Assembly (NCBI GenBank): GCA_963702095.1
Contig: OY969706.1
Span: 2,432,001-2,496,000, forward strand
Direction of reading: 5' to 3'
From: Candidatus Bathyarchaeota archaeon
Lineage (GTDB): Archaea; Thermoproteota; Bathyarchaeia; Bathyarchaeales; Bathycorpusculaceae
DNA: 64,000 nt
Position 1 is the stretch's first letter. Each line of letters starts with the position of its first letter. Of this stretch, positions 29,561-39,629 are shown piece after piece. The notes under the pieces were generated by a model that had not been told where the DNA came from, did no database searches, and was given only the letters and a program-made list of their open reading frames with translations. Made by a program: the position numbers and the translations under genes.

Positions 29561-29896
29561 ATGTTTAAGGGTAACAGTGGAAAACTGATGGTTTACGCTT
29601 CAGAGGGGCGTCCATGCAAGGAACGCTTAGCATCCGTGCGGAACGCCGCCAGAGAAACCGCGAAGCGGTTCAACCTTGATTTTGAGTTGGTGCGTTTCGA
29701 ACGTTCGGGCACACCCATCTACGTGTACTATGAAGACAGCGATGGAGAGCCCATTCCGCTGTATTGCGATGAAGGAAAAATCTCGGGGTTAGAGGAAATA
29801 AGCAATACACTTAGGCGCATGATGTTTGTGCTCTCGTTCCACCCTAAGCACCCGGCTTTGGCGCAGATGCGGAGCGAACTGCTTAAATTTTCCTGA
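29561..29896 (+). CDS. Hypothetical protein
   Basis: 111-aa ORF convergent with arcadin-1. Confidence 0.6.
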   Translation: MFKGNSGKLMVYASEGRPCKERLASVRNAARETAKRFNLDFELVRFERSGTPIYVYYEDSDGEPIPLYCDEGKISGLEEISNTLRRMMFVLSFHPKHPALAQMRSELLKFS

Positions 29897-30206
29897 AGCG
29901 GATGCCTTGGTTTTCAAGCATGACTTCGTAGACTTGGTTAACGTCGAAGGTGATGCCTAAGCTGTCGTATTCCTGCTCGGTTAGGAACAGGATGATTTTG
30001 GGTGTAGCGAGTTGTTGGCGTTGGGGCAGAAACGGCATCTGTGTTTGGAGTGCCTGCATGATGTCCTGTGCCATTTTTGCTTCGTCAGTTTGTGGGCGGA
30101 CAATGTAGGGGTTGACTTCTCTCTCTTCGAGTAGTTCGATTCGTTTTCCTAGGTTGCCGTCTAAGTCGCGGGTGGATTCGATTTTGTTGACTCGTACGCG
30201 GAACAA
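29883..30206 (-). CDS. Arcadin-1 family protein
   Basis: RDLDGNLGKRIEL...PKIILFLTEQEYD..G..FDVNQVYEV recognised as arcadin-1-like. Confidence 0.75.
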   Translation of the reverse strand: MFRVRVNKIESTRDLDGNLGKRIELLEEREVNPYIVRPQTDEAKMAQDIMQALQTQMPFLPQRQQLATPKIILFLTEQEYDSLGITFDVNQVYEVMLENQGIRFRKI

Positions 30207-30374
30207 GCTTTTTCACTCTCGCAGATAATTAGGCTGCTCACGCATTTAAACTATTTAGGCAGACGAAACGGCGGTTCATGGCTTTGCGCCTTTTGTTTTT
30301 CTATTGTTTGAAGAATAGAATGCCGCCCTTACTCATCATCTTCCAGCGGACTAGGTGGGCGGCTCTGTTTTGCT

Positions 30375-30464
30375 TTATGAGATGAAAATGAACTGCTGAC
30401 TTGTTGAGGCGGATTCCTCAAGAGGAACAGGTTTCAACATGAAGACCCTTTGCTGCTCTGCCAT
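30375..30464 (-). CDS. Putative 29-aa peptide
   Basis: SD-like GGGGAGGGG, ATG start, MAEQQRVFMLKPVPLEESASTSQQFIFIS. Confidence 0.4.
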   Translation of the reverse strand: MAEQQRVFMLKPVPLEESASTSQQFIFIS

Positions 30465-30691
30465 AGACCCCTCCCCATATACAGTGGATTAAAATTTTTT
30501 CTTTAGTTGTTGTTGCAGAGAATCCTCTATACACAACAACAACCAAACGCAGGTGCAAGCGGTTCCGTTTTGGGTTCGGCGTTGTTCTGCGGTTGAAGGC
30601 TGGTTGTGGCTGAGTCTACAAGCAGAATCCAAGTTATGCCAGCTGCAAACAGCCCTTTTCCTTAAATACAATTCAGCAACATTCCATAACT

Positions 30692-31942
30692 ATGACACCC
30701 CAGCCATCCGCCAGCCCAAACAGCAACCCCGAGGTAGTGGTCATCGGCGGCGGACCAGTCGGCAGCTACGCAGCCCTCCAACTGGCAAAACGCGGCATCA
30801 AAGCCACCGTTTTTGAGGATCACCCCGAAATCGGCGTCCCCAGCCACTGCGCCGGCCACATAAGCATCCGCAGCCTCAAGCGCATGGGACTCTACCCCCT
30901 GCCAACGGGAATTGTGGAGAACACTTTTTGCGCCGCCAACTTTTACTCGCCTCAGGGCACGAAGTTCACGCTGCACCTAAGTTGCCCCGTCACCTGCGCC
31001 TTGAACAGGGCACGGTTTGACCAGATGCTGGCTAAGCAGGCAGCGGCAGCGGGTGCAGAGTTTAAGATGAATTCGCCTGTGCAATCGCTTTGGATTCAAG
31101 ATGGCTCTGTGAAGGGCGTCAAGGTTAAGCAGACGGACGGCACAGAAGTGCAGGTTAACTCCAAAGTCGTCTTTGACTGCGAAGGCATCTCTTCACGGCT
31201 GCTACATCAGGCAGGCTTACCCACGCTGAAGCCCAAAGGCTTAGTCTACGCGGTGGAAACCGAAATCGAAGGCGTCCAAGACGTCGAAATGGATGCGGTG
31301 GAGGTTTACTTCGGCAGGGGTTATGCGCCGGGTTTCTACGGGTGGCTCATCCCCAGACCCGACGGCACTGCCAAACTCGGTTTAGCCACCAACAAAGGCG
31401 ACCCCAGAGCCTATCTCAAACGCCTCATAACCAAGCACCCCGTCGCCAAAAAACAACTCGCCAAAGCCAAAATCATCTCGGCAGGCTACCACGCCATCAC
31501 CCTAGGCGGACCCATACGGCAAGCGTACACAGACGGGTTTTTGGCAATCGGCGACTGCGCGTCGCAGGTGAAGCCCACCACGGGGGGAGGAGTAATCTTC
31601 GGTTTAACGGCGGCGAAGGAGGCAGCGGAAGTGACATCAGAAGCCATCAAAAACGGCAACGTATCCGCCCATGCATTGCAGGCGTATCAGAGACACTGCA
31701 ACGACATCTTCAACTTCGACTTCAGAGTTATGCTTCGGCTTCGGCGTTTTTTGAACTCGCTTTCAGACGAAAAACTCGACGAAATGTTCCGAGTGATCGG
31801 CAAACTCGGCGTCGACAAAGCACTGCACAACGTGGAGGAAATCGATTTTCAGGGAAAAATGATAATGAGCGTAGCCACCAAACCCTCCATGATGGCGGCG
31901 CTGGCGTATTTTGGGCTGCTCTACCTCTCTGCAAACCCTTAA
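30692..31942 (+). CDS. Geranylgeranyl reductase family protein
   Basis: GGGPVG, APGFYGWLIP, GDCASQVKPTTGGG. Confidence 0.9.
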   Translation: MTPQPSASPNSNPEVVVIGGGPVGSYAALQLAKRGIKATVFEDHPEIGVPSHCAGHISIRSLKRMGLYPLPTGIVENTFCAANFYSPQGTKFTLHLSCPVTCALNRARFDQMLAKQAAAAGAEFKMNSPVQSLWIQDGSVKGVKVKQTDGTEVQVNSKVVFDCEGISSRLLHQAGLPTLKPKGLVYAVETEIEGVQDVEMDAVEVYFGRGYAPGFYGWLIPRPDGTAKLGLATNKGDPRAYLKRLITKHPVAKKQLAKAKIISAGYHAITLGGPIRQAYTDGFLAIGDCASQVKPTTGGGVIFGLTAAKEAAEVTSEAIKNGNVSAHALQAYQRHCNDIFNFDFRVMLRLRRFLNSLSDEKLDEMFRVIGKLGVDKALHNVEEIDFQGKMIMSVATKPSMMAALAYFGLLYLSANP

Positions 31943-31977
31943 AATCTCGGATGCAGACATAGAAGCGGGAACCCCCG

Positions 31978-32344
31978 ATGTCAGACCAATTCGATTACAA
32001 ACAAGTCATTGTCTTCCGCACTGATTTGCAGATGGGTAAAGGCAAAATCGCCGCTCAAGCAGGCGCACGCGGCCATATCCGCCGCTCAAGACGCCTATGT
32101 GCACCATAAGAAGTGGTGGGACGCATGGCTTTTTGAGGGGCAGAAGAAGGTGGCGCTTAAAGTGGCAACTGAGAAGGAGTTGTGTGAGTTGGAGGAGGCT
32201 GCGGAGGATTTGGGGCTGCCCCACGCGTTGATTATTGACCGTGGTTTGACGCAGATTCCTGAAGGCTCCATCACCTGCCTGGGGATTGGTCCTGCCCCGT
32301 CAGGAATGATCGACCGTTTAACCGGCCAATTGAAGCTGCTGTAG
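31978..32344 (+). CDS. pth2: Peptidyl-tRNA hydrolase Pth2, frameshifted near 32062
   Basis: YKQVIVFRTDLQMGKGKIAAQ then HAA...GQKKVAL...DRGLTQ...GIGP. Confidence 0.92.
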
Positions 32345-32352
32345 GCGGTTGT

Positions 32353-33708
32353 TTGGCGGTTCCCACAGTTGACAAGTTGCTGGGCATGGACGCCTACGCC
32401 ACCAAAACCGAGGGAATCGGCGGCGCCATCAAGCAGTCCGTGAACGATTTTATTGTCGAAGAAATTTTGGTTGACGGTTCCAAAGCAAGCATCAGCGGCG
32501 CTGCCCCAAGCAGAGTAATTGGCTCCAAAGCACAGAAGCAGCGTTTTCTGTTGTGCCTGATGGTGAAGCGGAACTGGGACACTTTTATCGCGATAAAAAA
32601 TGTTGCCAAGCCCTTGGGCATCGACCAAGCCTGCGTCCAGTTCGCAGGAATAAAAGACGCAAAAGCAGTCACCGCCCAACACATCACCATACAAAACGCC
32701 GCTGTGGAAGACGCCGCCAAAATCGACGTCAAAGACCTAACAGTGGTCCCGATTGGCTATGTCCGCGAAATGCTCTCCCTCTTCTACCTTTTAGGCAACA
32801 GTTTCACGATTACAATCCGAGACATCCAAACCCCAGAGCCAACCGTCACGGAGCAGATCAAGCAAACAATGAAGGAGATAGCGGCAGTCGGCGGCATCCC
32901 CAACTACTATGGGCACCAACGCTTCGGCACCACCCGCCCCATCACCCACCTCGTCGGCAAAGCATTAATGCAGGGCAATTTTGAGGAGGCAGCGATGCTT
33001 TTTCTCTCTAAACCCAGTCCCCATGAGCACCCCACATCGAGGCAGGCTAGGCAGACCTTACAGGACACCCATGACTTCAAAGGGGCAGCCGAAAACTTTC
33101 CCAAGCAACTCCGTTTTGAACAGCTCATGCTCAGCCACTTAGCGCAGAACCCACAGGACTACGTGGGCGCTTTCCGACGGTTGCCGCTTAAGCTGCAGGC
33201 GCTTTTTGTTCAGGCACACCAATCCTACCTGTTCAACCGGTTCCTAAGTGAGCGTTTGAAGCGTGGTTTGCCCTTGAATTTGGCGGTGGAGGGTGATTTT
33301 GTGGTGGCGGTTGAGCGCTCAGGTTTGCCGTTGACGTCTGTGGTTAAGGCGGTGTCGGCGGCGACGCTTGAAGAAGTCAATCGGGGGGTTTTGGCGGGCA
33401 AGCTCCGTGTCGCCCTTCCCATTGTTGGGGCAAAGCAGAAGCACTCGGGCGGCGCCATGGGCGAAATTGTAGCTGAGGTGCTTGCCGCGGAGGGCGTCGG
33501 CGAAGAGCGGGGCTGGCTAAACGAGTTGTCTCGTGTAGGAGGCAGAGGAGGCTTACGCACAGCAGTCACACCTGTGAAAGATTTCAGGTTAAACAACGTT
33601 GAGGGCAATTCAGCACAGGTGACCTTTATGCTGCTAAGAGGCTGCTATGCCACTGTCCTACTCCGTGAATTGATGAAGCCCACTGACCCTGTGAAAGCCG
33701 GTTTTTAA
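32353..33708 (+). CDS. truD: tRNA pseudouridine(13) synthase
   Basis: AGIKDAKAVTAQ, GNSF, PNYYGHQRFG, GCYATVLLRE. Confidence 0.95.
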   Translation: MAVPTVDKLLGMDAYATKTEGIGGAIKQSVNDFIVEEILVDGSKASISGAAPSRVIGSKAQKQRFLLCLMVKRNWDTFIAIKNVAKPLGIDQACVQFAGIKDAKAVTAQHITIQNAAVEDAAKIDVKDLTVVPIGYVREMLSLFYLLGNSFTITIRDIQTPEPTVTEQIKQTMKEIAAVGGIPNYYGHQRFGTTRPITHLVGKALMQGNFEEAAMLFLSKPSPHEHPTSRQARQTLQDTHDFKGAAENFPKQLRFEQLMLSHLAQNPQDYVGAFRRLPLKLQALFVQAHQSYLFNRFLSERLKRGLPLNLAVEGDFVVAVERSGLPLTSVVKAVSAATLEEVNRGVLAGKLRVALPIVGAKQKHSGGAMGEIVAEVLAAEGVGEERGWLNELSRVGGRGGLRTAVTPVKDFRLNNVEGNSAQVTFMLLRGCYATVLLRELMKPTDPVKAGF

Positions 33709-33765
33709 TGCGTCGGTAAACTGATAAAGAAGTGCCTTCTTCATATGTAAAAGGAGCCGCATTTT

Positions 33766-34347
33766 ATGGAGCCACCAGCACCGCAACCCAAAGAGCAACC
33801 GCCTTACTGCGTAATCCCCGTTCACAGACCCAGCTGGAAAGAATACGCCTTCTTCTTCTCCTGCGGCATCTTAGTGAGCATACCCTTTACCCTCTTTTTT
33901 GGACAAGCCTACCCCTACTTCCCCACCGTCGTCGTGGTCGTGCTTCTCGCCCCTTTCATCGAAGAATTAGCCAAAGTGTTTCCACTGTTCTACCGCCACG
34001 GCGAAACCGAACGCAGCCTCGTCGTGCTGGGCATACTCATCGGCTTAGGGTTTGGCATCTCAGAATTCGTCCTCTACGTAGGCTTCATGGGAGTCGACCC
34101 CATCGTCCGAATCCCAGGAATAATTTTCCACGCTTCCAGCGCCGCCATAACTGCTTATGGTATCGCAAAAAAGAAGCCGCTGCCCTACTACCTCACAGCG
34201 GTTGGGCTGCATATGGCAAACAACTTTTTCGCGGTCACCGGCTACCCCATCATAGGCATCCTCGGCGATTTAGTAGTGCTAATTACAGCTTATTATCTGG
34301 CTTGGACATTCTACCATAAAGCTTCAAAGGATAAAATGGTAGTTTAG
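33766..34347 (+). CDS. PrsW family intramembrane protease
   Basis: APFIEELAK, GFGISE, FHA, LHMANN. Confidence 0.88.
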   Translation: MEPPAPQPKEQPPYCVIPVHRPSWKEYAFFFSCGILVSIPFTLFFGQAYPYFPTVVVVVLLAPFIEELAKVFPLFYRHGETERSLVVLGILIGLGFGISEFVLYVGFMGVDPIVRIPGIIFHASSAAITAYGIAKKKPLPYYLTAVGLHMANNFFAVTGYPIIGILGDLVVLITAYYLAWTFYHKASKDKMVV

Positions 34348-34871
34348 GTTACCCGATCTGTGCGGGCTAAATCTCTGACGCGGTTCACGCCGTCGATTTC
34401 GTCTATGAAGTCGGCGACGGTTTTGGGTACGAGTTCGCGCCAGTTGTTGCCTTTAACCATTCTTTCACGGATAAGCGTAGACGTGTAGAGTTGCCTATCA
34501 AAAAGCGGCAGGTCCTTAACTGTGTAACCTGCCTCCGTAAACAGTCTCCGAGTCAAGGGCTCATTGGAGAACACTATGTCGAATTTAGGTGTGTAGCCTT
34601 CTACGGCGCTGACCCAGAGCATATGCAGGTGTACGTCGGGCACAGGCACAATCCACAGTTTGGCATAGTCAACTTTGGCTTCTTCGAGTGCACGGCGAAC
34701 CATCACCAACCGTTCCCCAGCCGTGAAGGGGTTGTGGTTGTTGTGGCTATACTGGGCGCTGCCGATGACAACCACCAGTTCATCTACGCTTTTGAGGGCG
34801 TATTTGATGGCGTCTTGGTGCCCAATGTGAAAAGGCTGGAACCTGCCAACGTAGAGGCCTCGAGTAACCAC
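34344..34871 (-). CDS. nadM: Nicotinamide-nucleotide adenylyltransferase
   Basis: GRFQPFHIGH, NPFTAGER. Confidence 0.93.
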   Translation of the reverse strand: MVTRGLYVGRFQPFHIGHQDAIKYALKSVDELVVVIGSAQYSHNNHNPFTAGERLVMVRRALEEAKVDYAKLWIVPVPDVHLHMLWVSAVEGYTPKFDIVFSNEPLTRRLFTEAGYTVKDLPLFDRQLYTSTLIRERMVKGNNWRELVPKTVADFIDEIDGVNRVRDLARTDRVT

Positions 34872-34973
34872 AGTGTATTCCCTGCTGTCTGGTTGCGCTC
34901 GGCTGCATTTATGATTTGCTATCAAAGGGTAAGCGCTAACCTTTTATGTAAAAAACGGTTTAAGGTCTTAACT

Positions 34974-35237
34974 ATGCCGCAAATCCGCAGCCCGCTTGGA
35001 TTAGCCCTCATTCTGATAGGAATCTTACTCATAATACCCGGCGCCATAAGCGTGTGGCTTGGAACAAACGGCATCGTAATCAACAGAACTGACCTTCATT
35101 TCGGCCCGACAACAACTGCTGAAATAACCTATGGGTGGGTTACGATTTCAATTGCGGTTGTGTTGTTTGTGGTTTTTGCTGTATTGTTTTTTACGAAAAG
35201 ATCCCTGCTAAGCAAGGAAGTTCCTCATTTTCCCTAA
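34974..35237 (+). CDS. Small 2-TM hypothetical protein
   Basis: Two hydrophobic helices. Confidence 0.55.
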   Translation: MPQIRSPLGLALILIGILLIIPGAISVWLGTNGIVINRTDLHFGPTTTAEITYGWVTISIAVVLFVVFAVLFFTKRSLLSKEVPHFP

Positions 35238-35252
35238 CAGACAACTTGTTTT

Positions 35253-35840
35253 TCAAGCGTACTTTTTTAGTACAAACTCCACTGGAAAAACCGCAAGCTC
35301 CCCGCCGTCGACTTTAACGGTTTTTGTTTCTGTGTAGCCCCGTTTTTCCCGATTAAGGAACCCCAATTTTACCCTCAAACCGCCTGCGCCGTAGCCGCCT
35401 AACCCCAAATCCGACTTTACCACACGATGGCAGGGCACAACTGGGGGGAAACGGTTGCATGCCATGGCGTTGCCGACTGCTCTGGCTCCTCCGCCCACGG
35501 CTTTGGCGATTGCTCCGTAGCTAGTGACGTAGCCAACTGGGATTGCGAGGGTGGCTTTGAGGACTTTTTTGGTGTATGCCGGCAACGTTTTGGTTGCTAA
35601 CGTCAATTTGACTTGGGGCTCTTTGCCGTCATAGATGTCTTTGAGAGCAGAAAGCACAGCTTTGGCTTGGGCTGTGGGTTCATGGAAAACTTGGAAGGGC
35701 ACACCAAACGGCAGATTCGAGAGTATGTTGCTTAGCGCTGTCTTTTGGTTGCTACTAAAAGTTGAGGCTACGAGTTCCTGTTTGTTTAGGGCGACTGCGA
35801 AGATGAGGTTGTCAAAGTTTTGACTGTAGACTTCTATCAA
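35253..35840 (-). CDS. ogt: Methylated-DNA--protein-cysteine methyltransferase
   Basis: RAVGNA, VPCHRVV. Confidence 0.93.
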   Translation of the reverse strand: MIEVYSQNFDNLIFAVALNKQELVASTFSSNQKTALSNILSNLPFGVPFQVFHEPTAQAKAVLSALKDIYDGKEPQVKLTLATKTLPAYTKKVLKATLAIPVGYVTSYGAIAKAVGGGARAVGNAMACNRFPPVVPCHRVVKSDLGLGGYGAGGLRVKLGFLNREKRGYTETKTVKVDGGELAVFPVEFVLKKYA

Positions 35841-35849
35841 GCCTAATCC

Positions 35850-36044
35850 TTAGAAGGGTATGGATAGGTTATTGTTAAGGTTTCTGCGGTAAAAACCTAC
35901 GTCCCCATGGCACTCCATGCAGGTTCCCACTAACCGCACATTATCCAAAGAGGGCTTAGACTGAAGCATGTTTCGAGCGGTTATGTCTATGTATCCGATG
36001 GGTTTTCCACATTTCTGGCATCGCAGGGGCTTATTTTCACTCAT
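35850..36044 (-). CDS. Small zinc-ribbon protein
   Basis: CQKC...CMEC. Confidence 0.6.
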   Translation of the reverse strand: MSENKPLRCQKCGKPIGYIDITARNMLQSKPSLDNVRLVGTCMECHGDVGFYRRNLNNNLSIPF

Positions 36045-36128
36045 AAACGCTCAACTCGCATGTGTAATAAAGTTATAAGTAAGCTTAATACATTGTCTTG
36101 TGTATTTAATCCGAAAAGGCGAAACTTT

Positions 36129-36839
36129 ATGGAAGGATATGGTCCACAACTCCCACAGTTACCTCAAATTCCACAAATTCCACTTATGCCGCAAGTGCAA
36201 GACCAACAGCAGCAATCGCAAAGCGGCAACCAAGCCCAGCAGGGGTACCCTTGGGTTCCAGGCGCAACCACCATCGGCGTCGTCTTCCAAGGCGGAGTCC
36301 TCCTTGCAGCTGAAAAACGCGTCACCTACGGCTACTTCATCGTGAGTAAAGGCGGCAAAAAGGTCTTCAAAATCACAGACCGCATCGGCGTCGCATGCGC
36401 CGGACTCGTCGGAGACATGCAGATCCTCGCCCGAGAAATGCAGGCGCAAGCCAACCTCTACAGCATGGACGTAGGCAGACCAATCACAGTTCGCAGCGCA
36501 TCTAAACTTTTGGCAAATGTGCTCTTTAACCGCCGCTATTCCCCACTTATCACACAGACCATTGTTGGCGGCTTAGACGAGGAAGGCGCATCAATCTACA
36601 TCTTAGACGTTTTGGGTTCACTTATCCCAGACAAGTACGCAGCGGTGGGTTCAGGCACAGAAATCGCCATCGGAGTCATTGAGGAAGGCTACAAAGACGA
36701 TTTATCCCTCGACGAAGCAAAGGAACTTGTTAGACGGGCAATCAAATCTGCCATCAGCCGTGATGCTATGAGCGGCGACGGCGTTGACTTTCTCATCATA
36801 ACCAAAGATGGCGTCACTGAAGAATCCGCAAAATTCTAA
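36129..36839 (+). CDS. psmB: Proteasome beta subunit
   Basis: GATTIG, AAEKR, GSG, RDAMSGD; Q/P-rich propeptide. Confidence 0.95.
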   Translation: MEGYGPQLPQLPQIPQIPLMPQVQDQQQQSQSGNQAQQGYPWVPGATTIGVVFQGGVLLAAEKRVTYGYFIVSKGGKKVFKITDRIGVACAGLVGDMQILAREMQAQANLYSMDVGRPITVRSASKLLANVLFNRRYSPLITQTIVGGLDEEGASIYILDVLGSLIPDKYAAVGSGTEIAIGVIEEGYKDDLSLDEAKELVRRAIKSAISRDAMSGDGVDFLIITKDGVTEESAKF

Positions 36840-36912
36840 ACACCCTTTTCTCTTTTCAGTTTTGTTTATTCATGCAGCCACAAGATACTGCGTTGCTTAA
36901 GGAGGCAAAAAA

Positions 36913-37536
36913 TTGTCGTTTGAACTAATCCAGCAAGAAGGAGAATTCCTCGTTCATTTAGCCCGCCAAACCGTCAAGCGCTACTTAGAAAACGGCGGAA
37001 AAACTTCTCCGCCCAAAGACACACCGCAGAAACTGTTTACTAAATGCGGCGTCTTCGTAACCATAAACACCGTCAGGGAAGGCGAGAAGGCGCTTCGCGG
37101 CTGCATCGGCTACCCCTACCCCACCAATCCGCTGGTTGAAGCCGTCATCGACTCAGCCATAAACGCCTCCACCGAAGACCCCCGCTTCGACCCCCTTGAA
37201 CCCGTGGAGTTGGATAGGGTTGTGTTTGAAGTCAGCGTGTTAACGCCGCCTGAACTGGTTCAAACCGACAACCCCAAAGAGTACATCAGCAAAATCAAGG
37301 TCGGCGAAGACGGCTTAATCATCGAGAACGGCTGGCGTAAAGGGCTGCTTCTGCCTCAGGTACCCATAGAGTGGGGTTGGGGCGAAGAAGAATTCCTCTG
37401 TGAATGCTGCATGAAAGCAGGATTGCCCCCTGACAGCTGGCTAAACAAGAACACTAAACTCTACAAGTTCAAAGCCATCATATTCGAAGAAGAAGCACCC
37501 AACGGCGCAATCAAACGCTTAAACCTCAAAAAATAA
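36913..37536 (+). CDS. AMMECR1 family protein
   Basis: LRGCIG, DPRF, GLLLPQV. Confidence 0.92.
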   Translation: MSFELIQQEGEFLVHLARQTVKRYLENGGKTSPPKDTPQKLFTKCGVFVTINTVREGEKALRGCIGYPYPTNPLVEAVIDSAINASTEDPRFDPLEPVELDRVVFEVSVLTPPELVQTDNPKEYISKIKVGEDGLIIENGWRKGLLLPQVPIEWGWGEEEFLCECCMKAGLPPDSWLNKNTKLYKFKAIIFEEEAPNGAIKRLNLKK

Positions 37537-37537
37537 C

Positions 37538-38677
37538 TCAGTCGCCGATGCTCTCGATTATTTCTGTTGCTCGGTCTAAGCCGTTGTACTTGCCTGAAAA
37601 CTCAGATATGGCTTTTACGTTTTGAGTGTAGGTGTCGAGTTCAGACTCCATTTTGCCAACTGCTTTTTGGAGTTGCTTTGTGTTTTTGGCGATTATGCTG
37701 CAGTTCATCTTTTCGAGTTTAGCGGCGTTTCCCAACTGCTCGGGCTGCGTGGGAATGCAGATGCTTGGCTTCCCATATTTGATGACCTCAAAGCAGGTTG
37801 CGTGTCCGCCGCTGAAAATCACGTATTTGGCGTTGCGCATGGCTTCTTGGCGTTCCTCAGGTGTGAGCCAGGTGTGGAGTTCATAGTTGCCAATTTTGGC
37901 GGAGGCTTTCTTGCCTGGTGTACCCAAGCTGATGATGCATTTGCCCTTGTACTTCTCGAGTGCGGGCATCAGGGTTTTGAGGAGTTTGGCGCGGGTTCCA
38001 ACTGGTCCGCTGATGGGCGCAAAAATGTGTTCCTGCCTGCCCCTTACGGGTTTGGTGTCGACAAAGGACCCGACGTACTCAGTTCGGTCCGCCACCCCCA
38101 AATGGTTCAAGTCGCCGATGCTGTATTCGGAGACAGTGTAGGGCGGCGGGTTGTCGGGTATAACGACTTTTTTTGAGGCTTTGTAGTAGCGTTCGATGAA
38201 ACGTTCGCCGGGGCTCAGGAAAGACGAGAAACCGTAGCTTGGACGTATCATGTTCTCAACGTAGACCGATGGAATCCGCCATTTTAAGCCCAATCGGAGC
38301 GCGTTTATGTCCCCATCGGATACTATGGCGTCGGGGGCGATGCCGCGTATGTTTTCTCTAAGGTCGTAGTAGCGGTGAATTGTTTCCCAAGCGTTAGAAT
38401 TCTTCATTTCAAACTTGTTGAGCTCCATATTGAACAGAGGCAACGGAATAAACATGTTAAGAAGCGACGCGGAAGTCAAGATACCGTGGGCATTCTCATA
38501 CCATGAAATAGGGGTTACTTTATGCACGTTTGGGAATTCTGCTTTGAGCAACTCGTATGCTTTGCCGCCGCTGAAAAAAAACATTTCATGCCCATGCTCT
38601 TGAAGCCTTTTTCCCAGTGGTATAAGGCGTGAAACATGCCCCAACCCGAGTTCAGAACAACTAAGCAGCAATCGCAT
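37538..38677 (-). CDS. Glycosyltransferase, GT28-like
   Basis: GLGHVSR, GGHAT..E, PEQLGNA. Confidence 0.8.
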   Translation of the reverse strand: MRLLLSCSELGLGHVSRLIPLGKRLQEHGHEMFFFSGGKAYELLKAEFPNVHKVTPISWYENAHGILTSASLLNMFIPLPLFNMELNKFEMKNSNAWETIHRYYDLRENIRGIAPDAIVSDGDINALRLGLKWRIPSVYVENMIRPSYGFSSFLSPGERFIERYYKASKKVVIPDNPPPYTVSEYSIGDLNHLGVADRTEYVGSFVDTKPVRGRQEHIFAPISGPVGTRAKLLKTLMPALEKYKGKCIISLGTPGKKASAKIGNYELHTWLTPEERQEAMRNAKYVIFSGGHATCFEVIKYGKPSICIPTQPEQLGNAAKLEKMNCSIIAKNTKQLQKAVGKMESELDTYTQNVKAISEFSGKYNGLDRATEIIESIGD

Positions 38678-38774
38678 ACGCTTCTCTAGTAAGTGCATGA
38701 TTATATTTGAATTATAGCTTGGTTCAAACGAGTTACGGCAACTGTTTTAAACCTAATTAGCGTGATTAGAATGC

Positions 38775-39629
38775 ATGTTTATGCCAAGCCGAATCGTGGA
38801 GGAAAAGCTCAGGGCGCTCTTAGCTGACGACGTCGGAGAGGGCGATGTGACTGCAGCAGCCGTTATACCAACCGATTTGACGGTTAAAGCTGAAGTTATC
38901 GCTAAAGAAAACGGCATAGTCGCCGGAATCGAAGAAGCAGTTATCCTCGCCGAGTGTTTGGGGCTTAAAGCCACTGCAAAAGCCGCAGATGGAGACAGCG
39001 TCAAAAACAAACAGGTACTCCTCGAACTTTCAGGCAACGCCCAAACCATACTAACCGTCGAACGCACACTACTAAACGTCATGTCACGAATGAGTGGCAT
39101 AGCAACCAACACCCGCAGCCTCAAAGAACAGCTTGAAGCTGCTAAGGTTAAAACCAAAATTGCTGCCACACGCAAATCTGCGCCTGGACTCCTCTACTTC
39201 GACAAGAAAGCCGTAGCCATCGGAGGCGGCGACCCCCACCGACTCCACTTAGACGACATGGTTCTAATAAAAGACAACCACCTAGCAATCGTCGGTGGCG
39301 TTGAAGAAGCAGTGAAAAAAGCCAAAGCCAACACGTCTTTCACCAAGAAAATCGAGGTTGAAGTCACCACCCTCCAAGACGCCCTCAAAGCAGCTAAGGC
39401 TGGAGCCGACATTGTAATGCTGGATAATTTCTCGCCCCAAAAAGCCAAAGAAGCAGCAGACAAACTGCATAAGGCTGGGTTGGGCAGTGTTTTGCTCGAG
39501 GTCAGCGGCGGCATTACCCCCGAAAACCTCTTAGATTATGCAGCAGCACAAGTCGACGTCATCAGCATGGGTGCGTTAACAAACAGCGTAAAGGCGCTTG
39601 ATATTAGCTTGGAAATAGTCAAGGGTTAA
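38775..39629 (+). CDS. nadC: Quinolinate phosphoribosyltransferase
   Basis: ATRK, HR, LIKDNH, MLDNF, SGGI. Confidence 0.95.
   Translation: MFMPSRIVEEKLRALLADDVGEGDVTAAAVIPTDLTVKAEVIAKENGIVAGIEEAVILAECLGLKATAKAADGDSVKNKQVLLELSGNAQTILTVERTLLNVMSRMSGIATNTRSLKEQLEAAKVKTKIAATRKSAPGLLYFDKKAVAIGGGDPHRLHLDDMVLIKDNHLAIVGGVEEAVKKAKANTSFTKKIEVEVTTLQDALKAAKAGADIVMLDNFSPQKAKEAADKLHKAGLGSVLLEVSGGITPENLLDYAAAQVDVISMGALTNSVKALDISLEIVKG

Noticed and set aside
30321-30363. Possible SECIS element
   Set aside because: Lacks the archaeal GAA/A geometry, and no in-frame UGA selenoprotein candidate is nearby
36129-36260. PQL/PQI repeats at the start of psmB
   Set aside because: Low-complexity propeptide upstream of the mature N-terminal Thr
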